Positions 49,201-61,930 of a stretch of DNA of 64,000 nucleotides are shown here, piece by piece; position 1 is the stretch's first letter; each line of letters begins with the position of its first letter. Both the position numbers and the translations under genes were made by a program. The DNA comes from Asterias rubens (Eukaryota), in NCBI RefSeq assembly GCF_902459465.1, contig NW_022985694.1, forward strand, positions 62,001-126,000, read 5' to 3'. Under the pieces are notes generated by a model that was not told where the DNA came from, did no database searches, and saw nothing but the letters and a program-made list of their open reading frames with translations.

Positions 49201-50714
49201 AAGGGTCCGATAACCTCACCAGATGATGGCATGATGTACTTATAAGCAAATGCAAAGCAAATTCTTGAGACAGTACATGCCCTGATTGTCTGCATGCACT
49301 ACATTTTTGTTAGTGATTATAGCAGGGGTAGCCTAAAGAAAGCACAAGCTAGGGTAGCAGATTACATGTTGGCAGTGGGGTAGGTTGGGGTATGGATACT
49401 GGGTTGACAATGTGCAGAGAATGGTTAAAAATTTGTTACAATAAGTGGATGATGAAAGAAAGATGGTGGTGACAGTGCGTGAAGGTGATGTAGCCAGGCA
49501 ATTGAATCACACCTTGAGAAAAAAAAGAGTGCTGAATGTATTTTGTGAGCTATAAATTAGTAATTACAAATGAAAAAGAAAGACAATTGATGTCCACCAA
49601 TTATTTATTTTTAAAGGGGCTGAAAGAAGGTATTTTGTGAGCTGATACAGTGTATTCATATAATAATAATTAGTAATTACAAACAGACACATGAGTGCGC
49701 AAAAGTCAAATGTCCATAAATCATCCCATTGTTTTACCCTACTGTACTGGTTTTTTCCCCCAATGTATATTTAAAAAAAATAGGAAAAATTGTTGTTGTT
49801 TGATTTTACACTGTTTTTTTGTTTTGTTTTGTTTTAATCTATATAATTTTTTTAATATTAAAATTATTAAACAAATATTTTTTGAGGGGGAAATATTCCA
49901 AAATTATACTAGTAAAACTGCCTATGTTTTTATTGAATGTTAGTATTTTGTTAGTCATCCATCCAATCCAACCATCATCATGGAGGTAGATCCAATCAAA
50001 ACAACACCTTGTTAAATACTTAAACTTGGGCTGTTTTATAAACAGCAAAATATACATTTTTTTATGGAGTCTGTTGGATTGTTTGTTTTTAAATAAATCT
50101 AAACAGAACTACTACAAATTTGTTTTACCAAAAAAAAAATTTGTTTACGAGTTGAAGTTTACCCGTGAGTACCAACACCTCATAATACAACAAGTGAGAT
50201 ACCAGCGCAAATTTTTCGTGTTGAGCTTTCTGCACACAAAGGACATTTCACCTTGCGTAAATATTCATTTCTCAAGGCCGTTATTATTGTGTTTGACAAA
50301 GCGCGAAAAAGCGCGACGACTTATAGTTTTAATTCAAAAAGGAATTACATGATTACATTTTCAATTAACTGTCATTTTCGGTTCATTATGGGGCCCTATG
50401 AGGGTAATTACTTACAGTTCACAATGAATTTCAGCGCAGAAAGCAGGATTTCTGTTGATTTTGAAGACAGTTTTTCACAAATACTTCAACAAAACGGACG
50501 ACAAAATTGCATATCAGTCGCAAGAGAAAAACTCCATCTTGAAAGTAGTTCCGTTTATTTTTATGAATGAAAGGATCAACAAGGGTTACATCTATATCCC
50601 TCTGCACCACAAATCTCCCGTTACCGTTGTGCACGTTCAGGTGGTCACAGTTTCCCATTACCAAAAAGTTGTTACGCGGTAAACAGCGCCCTCACGCGGT
50701 AGTGATTGACACTA

Positions 50715-53305
50715 ATCTAAAGCCATCTGCCAATATCCGGACGTAAGGTCAAGGGTCGAGAACCACTTAGATCCTTCAAGTGCGTCCAAAGTCTCATCAA
50801 TCCTCGCGACAGGATATGCGTCTTTAATTGTTACCGCATTTAGCCCCCTATAATCAATGCACAGCCGTTTCGATCCACCCTTTTTCCTCACGAGTACTAC
50901 ATTAGGGGCCCATGGGCTATCAGAATCCTCAATCAGACCCCTCTCTTTCAAATCTCCCACCTGTCGATTAATTTCTTCAAGATTACACATAGGATGTCTC
51001 CTGGGCCTCTGTTTGACTGGCCTAGCGTTGCCCGTAGTAATGCCATGCTTCACCTGATTGGTATGGCCTACATCACCACCACCCTTGGAAAACACATCTT
51101 GAAATTCAATAAGGCATTCCTTCAATCTTATATGGTCTGAGGGCCCCAGATTCTCCTTACTTCTCTAATATAGTCCTATCAAATGACTTGGCAACCCCTC
51201 ACTGGATTGTCTTCCCTCGTCTTCGTATGGCTTCCACCTTAATAGGTGTAACTGTGGCGGTGGTTGTTCCTGCTCGAATCACACATTCCTCTTTGTTGGC
51301 ATTAAGTACCCGAACGGGCACTACCTCAGTCGGTACGTTAACCAGTGTTCTAGCCAATACCAAACCTCGCTCGCCTAACTCCTCCGCCCTCAATCGGCTC
51401 AACAAGGACAGGTCCGTCCAATTCTTCACATTGTCCTACGATGGTTCCCGCCACAACTGCCTGGTGACCCGCTGGTATTACTGTTGTTTCTGCTACTACT
51501 ACTCGCCCAACAAAATGGTTACCAGCACTTCCAGTGCATTTAATTCTCTCCCAATTCACGCATAATTCCAATCTGCCGAAATCAAGATTACCGCTGGTTT
51601 GCAACAACCAATTCATCCCCAGCATTGCAGGGGTTCCAATATCGGCAAAAACAGCTTTAACTGGGTGTTCTGTCTTCCCAATTTGTAATTCCAACCAGGC
51701 TGAACCATACACTTTCAATAGACTCCTGTCAACCTGTCTGACCTTTGACTCGCATTCCTGCAGATGAGGTCGTTGTTCATTCGGTATTTTATGATACACC
51801 GCCATACTCACAAATGTATCGGTTGCACCAGTATCAACAAGCAACGGAAATTTAATTGATCGAATTGAACCTTCAACAAACAACCCATACGACGGCTCCA
51901 ATTTTGGGCGCCGCCGAACCACGAACCGGAACACTGTTTACATCTGTTGAGGGCCCTGCTCTTCGCTTAGTCTTCCCCGGGGACCCACCGGTCGACTAAT
52001 CCTCGTCTCCTGACACCTGAGGGCGCTTTCTTCTTGGTAACTGGCATTCCTTTGCAAAATGCCCTTGAACCCCACAATTGTGACACTTCATAGACGCCTT
52101 TTACCTCTTCATCGGCGGTAATCCATTGAATTGTCCGGGTACCTGTTGTGCCCGTTGCTGTGGTACCAGTGCACCTAATATCCTATTCAACTGCTGCGCC
52201 ATATTGCTCACACACTCCGACTGTTGGCCGGAATCTAGTCTCTACCTCATCGTTATCGTTTGCCCCTCGACGTACTTATAAGACGGTCTTTCCCCAACTC
52301 GTTGTGCTTCAACCTTATGGCTCAGCAGTTGAATAGGATATTGCTCACACACTCCGACTGTTGGCCGGAATCTAGTCTCTACCTCATCGTTATCGTTCGC
52401 CCCTCGAGCAAACTTATAAGACGGTCTTTCCCCAACTCGTTGGGCTTTAACCTTATCAAACCTTCATCCCTTGACAAAGTTCATGTAGTGTTTCTTTCGG
52501 CTTCTGCCGCTGTGACGTAATTCTACCAGAAAATTCTCTGCCTGATGACCAGGCCCAAATCTCCGCTTTAACAACATAACCATCTCATCATATGTCCTCT
52601 TGTGCCCCTCATGCGAGCCCAAGATGCGGAATGCATCTCCTTGTAGACTGGCAGCCAAAAATGCAGCAGACTGCTGTTTATCCCATTGGTTCACCATACG
52701 ACAACTCTCAAAATGCCCGTAATATTCGTTCCACGGGACTTTACCATTATACCTATCAGGCATAATACAAGGACGTCGCGGACCCTCTGATTTCTCAATA
52801 AACCTTGCCTCCCTTTTCAACGGCCAAGGCCCAGCCTTGTCTGCCACAGAGCCATCACCCTTTCAGCCATAGCCACAGGCGGGCGCGTAGCAAAACTCAT
52901 TAACTCATTACGGAACCTTTTTGGATCGGGCGTGCTCATCGCATCAACAAATGGGTTTTGATTCGGACTTGGAACGACGGGCGGACCAGACAACTTATCC
53001 CTCGCTAACGCCGACCAATCATAAATACCAGACTCACCACCCCCCTCAATGGGATGGGAAATCGAAGAAGGTTTATCACCAGATTCTGAATCTTCCAAAG
53101 AACAGTACCCAGACGCCTCCTTCCTAATCACAGCCAGCCCCTGGCATGGCAGTCTAAACTCAACATCCGGATCTATCCTGACGTGTTTATGAACAGTACT
53201 TGGGGCCTCACTAATTGGGCTTACCCCAGACAGCTTTACTTCTTCTAACGCAGCCTCCAGTTTCTTGATTTGTTCCAAATGCAGACCATTTTCCCACTGT
53301 AACAA
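50715..53305 (-). pseudogene. Outer Gypsy, upstream part (gag with CCHC knuckle, protease, RT N-terminal half)
   Basis: MPDRYNGKVPWNEY..HFE, KCHNCGFKGHFAKEC (about 52045-52090), LLVDTGA, WAPNVVLV, LCIDYRGLN, LDLTSGYWQ. Confidence 0.9.
52201..52455. repeat. About 137-bp tandem duplication within gag
   Basis: ATATTGCTCACACACTCCGAC at 52201 and 52338. Confidence 0.9.
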
Positions 53306-53313
53306 TTGAAACT

Positions 53314-53475
53314 ATTCCGACACCCCTATCACTAATCATGTGTTTTCCTAATCCTAATGTTAATCCTAACCCTAATCCTAACCCTGAACCCAACCCTAGC
53401 CCTTACCCCCCACGTGTACAAATCACTAGGCGGTTGTCGGAACATAGGGTTGTCAGAACACAGGGGTGTTGGAAT
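53314..53475. mobile_element. Small TIR element containing telomere-like (CCCTAA-variant) repeats
   Basis: ATTCCGACACCCCT / AGGGGTGTTGGAAT inverted pair flanking CCTAATCCTAACCCTAATCCTAACCCTGAACCC. Confidence 0.6.
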
Positions 53476-54498
53476 TTAGAGCAGTCGCCCTTAACTGCAT
53501 TATTGGTCCTTCTTTTAGAGGGTTAGCGTGACCGTGACCATGACCCAATTTTGACCTTTACTTACGGTCTTAATAGGAGGCTCAAAATTTGAGATAATTA
53601 TTTCTCCAGAACCACATTTATAAGATCACAATGTTTTTGATTTCTTGTTTATTGTTAAAACATTTTTATGAATCAGAAAAACCGGAACAGCTTTGTGTTT
53701 GTCCACAAACACCAAATGTCTAGTTGTATATTTGATGTACTTTTATCTTTTTATCTTCTCCAAGTTTTGAGGAAATAAATCGAGAGTGAATAAAATTAGT
53801 AAAAAGGCCCTTACGTACAATGACTTGCTTGATCACAAGTTAACTATAGAGGCAGTTGCTATGTCACATGATTCAGGCAAGCTTTTGCGTAGTTATGTAA
53901 GAGACGTCAAACACCCATACACAATTCTGAATGAATATGTATGGCACAATGGTACCAGAGTTTTCTGATTTGGAGGCTGCTACACAAAAGCAACTGGCTC
54001 TACAGTCTGAGGAATTCCAATTTAAGCGTTAACTTGTTATCAAGCAAGTCATTATACCAGACATTATTCAAATCTAACATGCAAATAGCATATTGGGCCC
54101 TGGTGCCCTGCTAATGTTTCCTTAGCAACACATTTTGTTAAGCAACATTGTCTGCGTAACAGCTCTGCTAAGCAAAACTTTTCATGCTCAGCAAATTTGT
54201 GTGAACTTGGGCCCTGTCCGTAACTCAAAGAAAAATCACAAACATTCGGTGTGGTCATCATTTTAATCGCTACCCATAGACAATCAAAATCAACTGCATG
54301 TAAATTGCAATGTTTGCATTTCTTTCAGAGAGGACCAGGATTCATCATCCTCTGCTGCGGAAGATTAATATATAAAACCACATCTGTTGAATGAGGGAAT
54401 ACTTTTTTTATCCTGTGATATAATCAGCCCAAAATGTAAAGTAAGTTAGTATACTATATCTGTACGTGTACGTGTACGGCAAATATAACTTGCATTAA

Positions 54499-54780
54499 AG
54501 GCACTGTACACGTTTGGTAATTGTCAAAGACCAGTATTCTTACTTGGTGTATCCCAACATAATGCATAAAATAACAAGCCTGTGAAAATTTGGGCTGAAA
54601 ATGATGAAAAAAAAAAAAAACCTTTGTTGGACCAATTTGTGTGCTTTCAGATAGGAATAAAAGACTTCTAGCTAGAAGTCTTTTATTTGAGTGAGAAATT
54701 ACCTCTTTTTTAAAAACTACGTTACTTCAGAGGGAGTCGTTGCTCGTTACCAAGTAATTTTTTTAGCTAATATTTAAGGT
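54499..54780. mobile_element. Kolobok-like MITE, truncated
   Basis: TTAA|AGGCACTGTACACGTTTGGTAATTGTC start; related to 15516-15850. Confidence 0.65.
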
Positions 54781-54824
54781 ATCAGTATAAACCACAAGGG
54801 AAACTGACTGGGTAAATTGTAAAT

Positions 54825-54900
54825 GATTAACGTGCACGTTTATCCGGAGGTCGTTGGTTTGAATCCCACTCTAGTCAAATCTTTGTTCAACCCCAAAAAT
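54825..54900 (+). mobile_element. Degenerate tRNA-derived SINE fragment
   Basis: B-box-like GGTTTGAATCCC preceded by GGAGGTCGTT. No complete cloverleaf. Confidence 0.35.
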
Positions 54901-55984
54901 CTAATGTTTAAGGAACGTGTAATTTTCTTATGTAATCAAACATCAAAGAAAATAGGTACGCATCAGCCCAACTATATAAAAAAAATTAGTGAAGAAATAT
55001 ATTTAATTTTTGTGAACTCAACTGTCTTGAAACATATGATGGTTCAATTAATCATGCGTTTTTTATTAAAGGTTAATCAGCTCCGAAAACTAAATTATGA
55101 TAGTTTGTTAATCATGTCAGTACATGTACAGTTAAATTTAGTTGTGTAATTGAAAACGAATCCAGAAAGCTATATCGTGTGTAAGATCAGTTGATTAGTC
55201 GGGCCCAAAATGTAAAGTAAATTAGGATAACATGTATTAAGGAATGTGAAATGTACTTATGTAATCGAAGAAATCATCAGATTATTCTCGTAATTTAAAT
55301 CATATGTGAATAATTTTACTACAAATCATGTCGTGGTATTTTTCCTTTTCATTTAATGACGAGTGGGTTGTCAAAACTTTTTCTTAAACTTTTATTTGTT
55401 TCATACAGCTTCTTATGTGTTGATGATCAGTTAATAATTAGAGAGTCTGATGAGTGAAACTGCTGTTCGGTCTTGCATCCCTTAATAATATAAAGGTTTC
55501 CTGAAAAACAACGTATTAATGCTTTTATGTTACACCTTGTGGACGGACGGGGTCTGCCAAATATGTGTTCTTTCTATTAACAAATTAATTCACTCATGAT
55601 TATATATTATGTCATGCATGTGACATCATGGAGAGATTACAAATACACAGGAATGCACAAACAGATTAAATCATTGTATAAATATTATAAGGTGTAACAT
55701 AAAAGCATCAGTATTTTGTATTGCTCGACTAACCCTTATGATTTTTTTATTATTTTGGGCAAAATTTTCAAGTTTAATGTTATCTTTAAAAAACTTTTAT
55801 ATTGTTCCATGCTATAGTATACTTTCGTACTATCACATATAATTTTTACTTGAAATTTTAGGTTTGTGGGTAATTATTTCTTACTTGTTCTACTTGTATT
55901 TTAAAATACGTTATTTATAGTTGCGTTTACAAAGAGTTTGGTATGTATGTTTATATTTAAGGACTTTCATACTATTAGTTTATG

Positions 55985-56161
55985 ATCCCAGGTCAAAAAA
56001 TCAGTTGAACCTAGTTAATTTCGACACAAACAAGTTGGTTTATACAATTAATTATATTTAAACCTAGTTCAAACCAGGTGGTTTATATGGAAAGTGGACA
56101 CTATCCAGTTGAACCTGTCGACCCCAGTTAACTGGGTTCAACTTGAATTTTGACCGGGGAT
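55985..56161. mobile_element. MITE with about 28-bp TIRs
   Basis: ATCCCAGGTCAAAAAATCAGTTGAACC vs reverse complement ATCCCCGGTCAAAATTCAAGTTGAACC. Confidence 0.75.
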
Positions 56162-57141
56162 GTAATCGTTATTGTTTTTATAGAAATGAAAATGTATTTT
56201 TGGATCAGTGAAAGCAGGCAAATAAAAGGAAAATGTTTTTTAAAATATATTTTGTATAAACAATAGTTAAATATAAATGTAAACAGCATCAACAAGAGAT
56301 ATAAAATTGAAACAAGTGCAAATCAATATTTAAATAACAAAATATATTAAGTAAATAAATATACAAATAATTTTACATAAAACTTACACGGTGTATTGAT
56401 GATGATAGTAGAAACATCCCTAGAAATATTTCTGTCTGAAATGCCATATTTGATGAGAATTAAATGAAACTAATGAAGGTTTTATTCATGCATTGTATAA
56501 CACATGCAAATGTGTAATCGGTTTTTCTCGTGATCCAGATGGCCGTCAGTTTATGTATATGGTGGATTATATAAAGTGCTTACACTGTTTTGTTAGCAAA
56601 AACCAATTCTGTAATGTTCCTTTAACTATCCACCCATTTGTATACCCGATTAGATTTTGTACCAAATCGTTAAAAAAATCATGCTCCTGTTAATAGCAGT
56701 TAGTGAAGAGAGTACATGCATTTTGTTGTCCAGTGTGTCTTCTTGCCGGTTTGGGAAAGAGGTATGGGATGGTGAGGGTTAAAATATGTCTTTCAATTAA
56801 AAATGTAATCACCACATTACAGTCCATTGGTGCCAATCACGGCGAATCACTTTAGTCAACGCTACAAACGAATATGTAATAACAAAAGAAAGGGTTTGCC
56901 CTAATAAGCAAGAAAACCAAAAAGAAAACATTCCCTTTTTAGAATTTATTTATTAATTTTTTATTCACTGTATAGAACAAAACACTAACCAAGAAACTAT
57001 AAATAAGTAGTAAACTTGCGGGTAACAACAATGACTAAGTAAATCTCTTTTGTGAGAGTGTTGGCTCTGAAAAGAGCCGGTGTGGTTAATTGTGCCGCTA
57101 AACAACATGATATCTGTTGCGGCGAGCAGCTCTTCTGCGTC

Positions 57142-57273
57142 TTCTGCTTAGGTTTTCGGAGGTAGACCGCACCCGTGCCTGGTTACGGCGTTCAACAATT
57201 GAACTTATTCTGCTTAGGTTTTCGGATGTAGACCACCGCACCCGTGCCTGGTTACGGCGTTCAATTGAACTTA
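57142..57273 (+). repeat. Two 66-bp units resembling LINE 3' ends
   Basis: TTCTGCTTAGGTTTTCGGA..GTAGACC..GCACCCGTGCCTGGTTACGGCGTTCAA..TTGAACTTA at 57142 and 57208. Confidence 0.85.
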
Positions 57274-57287
57274 TTTGAACCTTAATT

Positions 57288-58116
57288 GCGCGAATGGAAG
57301 GAACAGGTGTCCCATCTCACCCCGCCAGACGTCGCCGGTGATCTGTTCTGGGAGCTGAGGTATGCAGATGACTTGGTGCTCCTTGCCCGTTCTGCAGAAG
57401 ATGCCACCTACTTGCTGGAGAAGCTCGACTCCATAGCCACATCATACGGGTTGAAGTTGCACCCAGACAAGACTGAACACCTTGCACTGAACCCACCAGC
57501 AGATGCACCGATCATGCTGCATGGTAACCCCATCAAATCGACTTACCACTTCAAGTATCTGGGCTGCAGCATCAACACTATGATGGATGACTCCACCGAG
57601 ATTCGCAGTCGCATCGCCATAGCGAAAAGCGCCCTGAACACCTGCGTTTACCTCAAGAAACCCCGCATCCGCACTGAAACCAAACTCCATCTCGCGAGAG
57701 CTCTCATTCTCTCCAAGATGTTGTATGGCGCGTCGACATGGACAGTGTCTGTCACCAGTGGGAAAGTCATAGATGCGTTTGGCAGAACTATGTGGAGGAA
57801 ACTGCTTGGTATCATATGGAGCGACTTTGTCTCGAACCAGGAACTCGAGCAAAGAATTGGCGACCGTTGGCAACCACACGAACCACACAACTCTGGTCAA
57901 CGGACAGCCAACCGGGTCACGATGCACCCCAGGGAGGCCTCGGTTTCGCTGGGTAGATGGCCTTCGCCGTTGGACGGGCTCCACAGCAGACACTCTGGTT
58001 GACGAGGCGGCGGCCCGCTCGTCCATCCCTCCAAAGAAACAGCCGGCAAAATCTTCAATGGTGTTGCGCAGTCATAGTCGTCAAGGCGCCAGTGGCGTAC
58101 GACGTTGATTGATTGA
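57288..58116 (+). mobile_element. 5'-truncated RTE-clade LINE
   Basis: LRYADDLVLLA, FKYLG, EIRSRIAIAK, LYGASTW; (GATT)n tail; 13-bp TSD TTGAACCTTAATT (57275-57287, 58117-58129). Confidence 0.9.
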
Positions 58117-58690
58117 TTGAACCTTAATTAACAACACCACCCTGCGTAATCGCACCAATGAAACGAAGACTGCAAAAAGGATAATCGCCACACATACCAT
58201 GGAGCCCAGCTGTAACCAGTAAATGAGTACACACTGTTCCCCACTCATCTTGGGCTCTATGAGAAAGTTCAGATCGAGCCAATATTATAATATATAAAGA
58301 AAGTAAAGGGCGCCCTCTTTTGTTAAGAGCTACCCACAGACTCAGTGACTGGTCCCGGCCTGTCTTTATCCGCCCTAAGCGAAAATTGCTAACAAAAAAT
58401 ATTTGATCAAAAATGTATTTTCAGTTTTATCAAATCAAAAATTAGTACACATTTCAAACTCCAACGATGTTGTCTTTTTACTAAAAAATATGCCATGAGT
58501 GAAGTAATTGGCCCTTGATTTAGCGGTTTTACTTAGGAGCAGACATACAGGAAAGGGAGAGTTGCAACCTCTCATCCATCTTTAGGGCAAATCCTTAGTA
58601 AGTGGACTACATCGAATGTATTGTTCGGAAAAACCCTGGGCAAAAAGACAACTTTACAAAAGATAAACACCAGATATCACGTATAAAGAC

Positions 58691-58888
58691 TCAAAAAATG
58701 CCGCACTTGTGGCATTTGTAATTCCCTAGTAACACCATGTCCGGGTAACGAAGTGATGTAACATGTGGCATAATGTATTGCCTCACACACAGGTGGCATA
58801 ACAAATGTTTACATGTCATTTGGTAAAGCCGTCGCGAGATGTCTGAAACATGCACTCTGGAAGTGTTGAAGTCGTCTTGGGAAGGTCT
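58691..58888 (-). pseudogene. RING-HC finger-like remnant
   Basis: ..QMTCKHLLCHLCVRQYI...KCHKCG gives six of the eight RING ligands with correct spacing. Confidence 0.5.
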
Positions 58889-59316
58889 TTACTTGACTGC
58901 ATGGTGATATAGCGTTGATGTGTGACTGTCGTTGCTCAATTCAATCAAATTTATACCGGCTCATTTGCTTCATCAGCCCCTTGAACCTGAAAAAAAGAAG
59001 TGAGAGCCAGTATGTCAAATAATATATGGTTCCTATCAATACAGATTACCGTAAGGCCTAAACGAAAATACCTGAAGTCAAGTGGAGTGATATGTTTGTT
59101 TGAGAACATGTGTCATCAGTGCAAATGAGCAAAGGAAATTGACAGGGCTGGATGCTTGCACTTCCCCGACATGTGTGTGGCTACCTTCAAAACGAGACGT
59201 GAGTTACTGTACATTGTGTTGTGTTTTAATTTTTTAATTCCATTTGGTTTAGATTTTTACTCAACAGACATTCATTGATCAGGATTTTGTGTGGATGCAT
59301 TCTTTAAAAGGATTAC

Positions 59317-59490
59317 CAGGGCCCAATTTCATAGAGCTGCTGAAGCACAAAAAGTAGCCAGGCACAACAAATTTTTCCCCACCAGAATATTTACTATTCA
59401 TGAGTTTATACACTTAATTTACCCCACTTTTTCCTTGATTGTATGTTTCTCTTGTGAACAAAATCTGCACTTTGCTTGGCTATTTCCATT
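59317..59490. mobile_element. Harbinger-type MITE left half
   Basis: CAGGGCCCAATTTCATAGAGCTGC start; related ends (TTGGGCCCTG) near 54095-54215. Confidence 0.5.
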
Positions 59491-59681
59491 TTAGAGACCA
59501 GGATGTGTTTGTCACATCCCGGAATTGGAATTTAGCAAAAACGAGACATAACCTTCGGTAGTTTTGTTTCATACACACACAGGAGAGGGTCAATCACATG
59601 CAATATCCACAAATTCATTTACGAATGAAACTATTTACATTTATTTACAAATCTCCCTATTAACAACACAATAATTATTAT

Positions 59682-60238
59682 TTATACACGAGAGCAATAA
59701 TAAAACACAATCTGCTTAGACGTTGTCACCACGGAGGCTCCACCTGTAGTGTTTGTTTGGGGTGCGGTACGTGGGGTGTCGGCACCAGGCCCGCCGAACA
59801 CCAAGTCCTTCCCGTCTATAACAACTCTTTCGTTTCGTCCTTCCGGTTTATATACATCTATCTCTCTTCCACCATGTGCGGTAATAGTGGGGTTTCTTCT
59901 CCCAGATTGGGACCCTGGAAAGTACACATAATAACACCTCTGCAACCTCTGCAATATTATATACAAAAACTGCTATCGAAAGGCGACATCTTAAGGCTTG
60001 TAAAACGCTACTCACTTAGTTTCAACCATAAGTCTACGAATGTTTGGTGAACACTAATCGTTCTGACAATATTAACAAAATAAAAGCTCCACAAGTTTGT
60101 TTTAAAGGAAATTTCATCGTTAAACACAAACTCCAAATAACTTAAATTATTAAACACAAAAAAGTATGATTACTTACAGGTTGTTCTTTCGATCCTGGCA
60201 TAGAGTAGTATAGTACGCCAATGAAACTGCTTTTAATG
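59682..60238 (-). CDS. Candidate three-exon partial gene of unknown function
   Basis: Exons about 60238-60178, 60062-60016 and 59914 downward. Canonical GTAAGT/GTGAGT donors and pyrimidine-rich AG acceptors keep one open frame. No start codon identified. Confidence 0.35.
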
Positions 60239-60867
60239 ATCAGTTGACACAATATTATTCAGGCTGTACTTGACGCTCTCGGAGCACTCAATTGCTCAAT
60301 CAATACAATACACAGAATTTAATCTGGAAACAGCTCAGTTCTCAATAACTGGCTGACATTCGAGGCTGACATGACAAATACAACGTCCTCTCCTCTGATC
60401 TCCAGTCGCAAGTGCCCACTCAATTAATATTTTCTCCAGACGAAAGATTTTTGAAACCCGCGAAAAGGTGTACCCTGTGACTTCAATGTATTGTTACCAA
60501 AAGGGGTGCATCATCGAAACAGAAGCACTACTGGCCCCATATAAATTACAGCCAATCACAGACGATTCTATCAACCTTACGTAACTCTCATTCATAAAAA
60601 TGAAGTCTACTAACTTTACTGGCCCATTGGCCATAAGACCCTAAAATCTTGTTACTCTGTAACGCAAACTTAACTTTGTACAAAATAGTAATTTCTCAAA
60701 CTAATTCACTTCGTGACAGTGTTATTCTTAGTTTGATCCAGTAAAAGCAGATGCACATTTCATGACAAGATGTGTTTTTCTGAGCAATTCACTTTTTTTT
60801 GTTCTTCTAAAACTGATAACAGGTTTCTGCTGCTAAGATAAGCACAATTGACTTTACAAGCCCCACA

Positions 60868-61930
60868 ATGAAAAAGAAGGGACAGCCATCACAGCATACT
60901 CAGGCTTCCGAGGACATAGCTAAGCCAACTGCAGAAAAACTGGCGTCATTCCACAGTGCCATTGCATCAACCAAACCAGTCCTGCACCATATTCTGGATG
61001 ACTACGCTAGGGAGTATGTACCCTTGAGTGCTACTGGCAAAGCCTCTCAGCATGCTTTACAACCCAGATGCCCTCAAATGGAATTTTGCAGAGCTTCTCC
61101 AAAACTGTACCAACCTTTTTGATACTTCTCAGGTAAATCAAGCCAACTATTTAAACACGGAAGCAAACTACTTCAAGTTAAAGTGCAGAAAAACCCAAAG
61201 TAAACTTAATGAAGAAAATACATTTAAAAAGCCAAAACTAAAGCTCATAGAAGGGCAATTACCCTACAAGTAACAATCAAGCAAAAAAAAAGCAAGAGGG
61301 TAGTAAAAGTAAACTCAATGAAGTATTACAAAACTGCAAATTACAACAAGAAACAAAATAACTGGAAAACTGGAAAAAGAACGCAGGAATTTGTAAAAAA
61401 CAAATCAAATCAAATTGTTTGTGGTCCTATCCATAAATTTTTGTATGCATTTTGTTATCGCCCTCTTTCTCGTCTCATGTTTAGTCATTCCAGATTACAG
61501 ATGAGCAGTGTAAGGAACTTGAATCCCGAACTCGTGACCAGGCCTCAAGCAAGGTTTGGTTTCGGCACCGTGAAGGACGGATCACTGCCTCCGTGTTCCA
61601 CAGTGCTGTGAAGACGAACCCTGCAATGCCATCACCCAGTCTGATCAAGAAAATATGCCACCCTGAGGCATATCGCTTTTCTACAGCTGCAACAAGGTGC
61701 GGCAGTAAATGAAATCAACCCTTGACATTCTTCAAACTCCAGTGGAATGGAAGAACTTAAAGTGACTAATTACAAGCTTCACATTTAGTCTTGTTTAATA
61801 TAGTAAACATTTGAACAAGTTGGATTAAAATCCGTTTGCAAATATATATATTTGTTCCTTTTTTGTAAAGTGTACAAAAAGGAGTGACTAGGAAACCATG
61901 TACATTTCTGTCAGCGCTATTGTAGATGGG
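60868..61930 (+). pseudogene. YqaJ/lambda-exonuclease-domain gene remnant (transposon accessory type)
   Basis: Exon to 61132 spliced in phase 0 to 61494-61696 (ITDEQCKELESRTRDQASSKVWFRHREGRITAS..STAATR). The next acceptor at 61926 gives (R)WG, then the gene is cut by a repeat starting TTATTAGCTG. One frameshift near 61040. Confidence 0.75.

Larger units (their letters stand above)
38560..50714 (-). mobile_element. hAT-superfamily DNA transposon with a 7-bp TSD (hATw-like), carrying a BEL insertion
   Basis: TIRs TAGTGGGAATCAC / TAGTGTCAATCAC (11 of 13 match). TSD ATCTAAA (38553-38559, 50715-50721) splits the Gypsy RT at ..QMALD|EDAQQK. Confidence 0.88.

Noticed and set aside
55447-55475. CTGATGAGTGAAAC...GTC, a minimal hammerhead-like core
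   Set aside because: There is no stem II and the flanks cannot form stem I.
57005-57090. Penelope-like terminal-repeat fragment (GTTGGCTCTGAAAAGAGCCGG)
   Set aside because: It resembles a repeat I recall, but it is too short and lacks the ribozyme core or any ORF.
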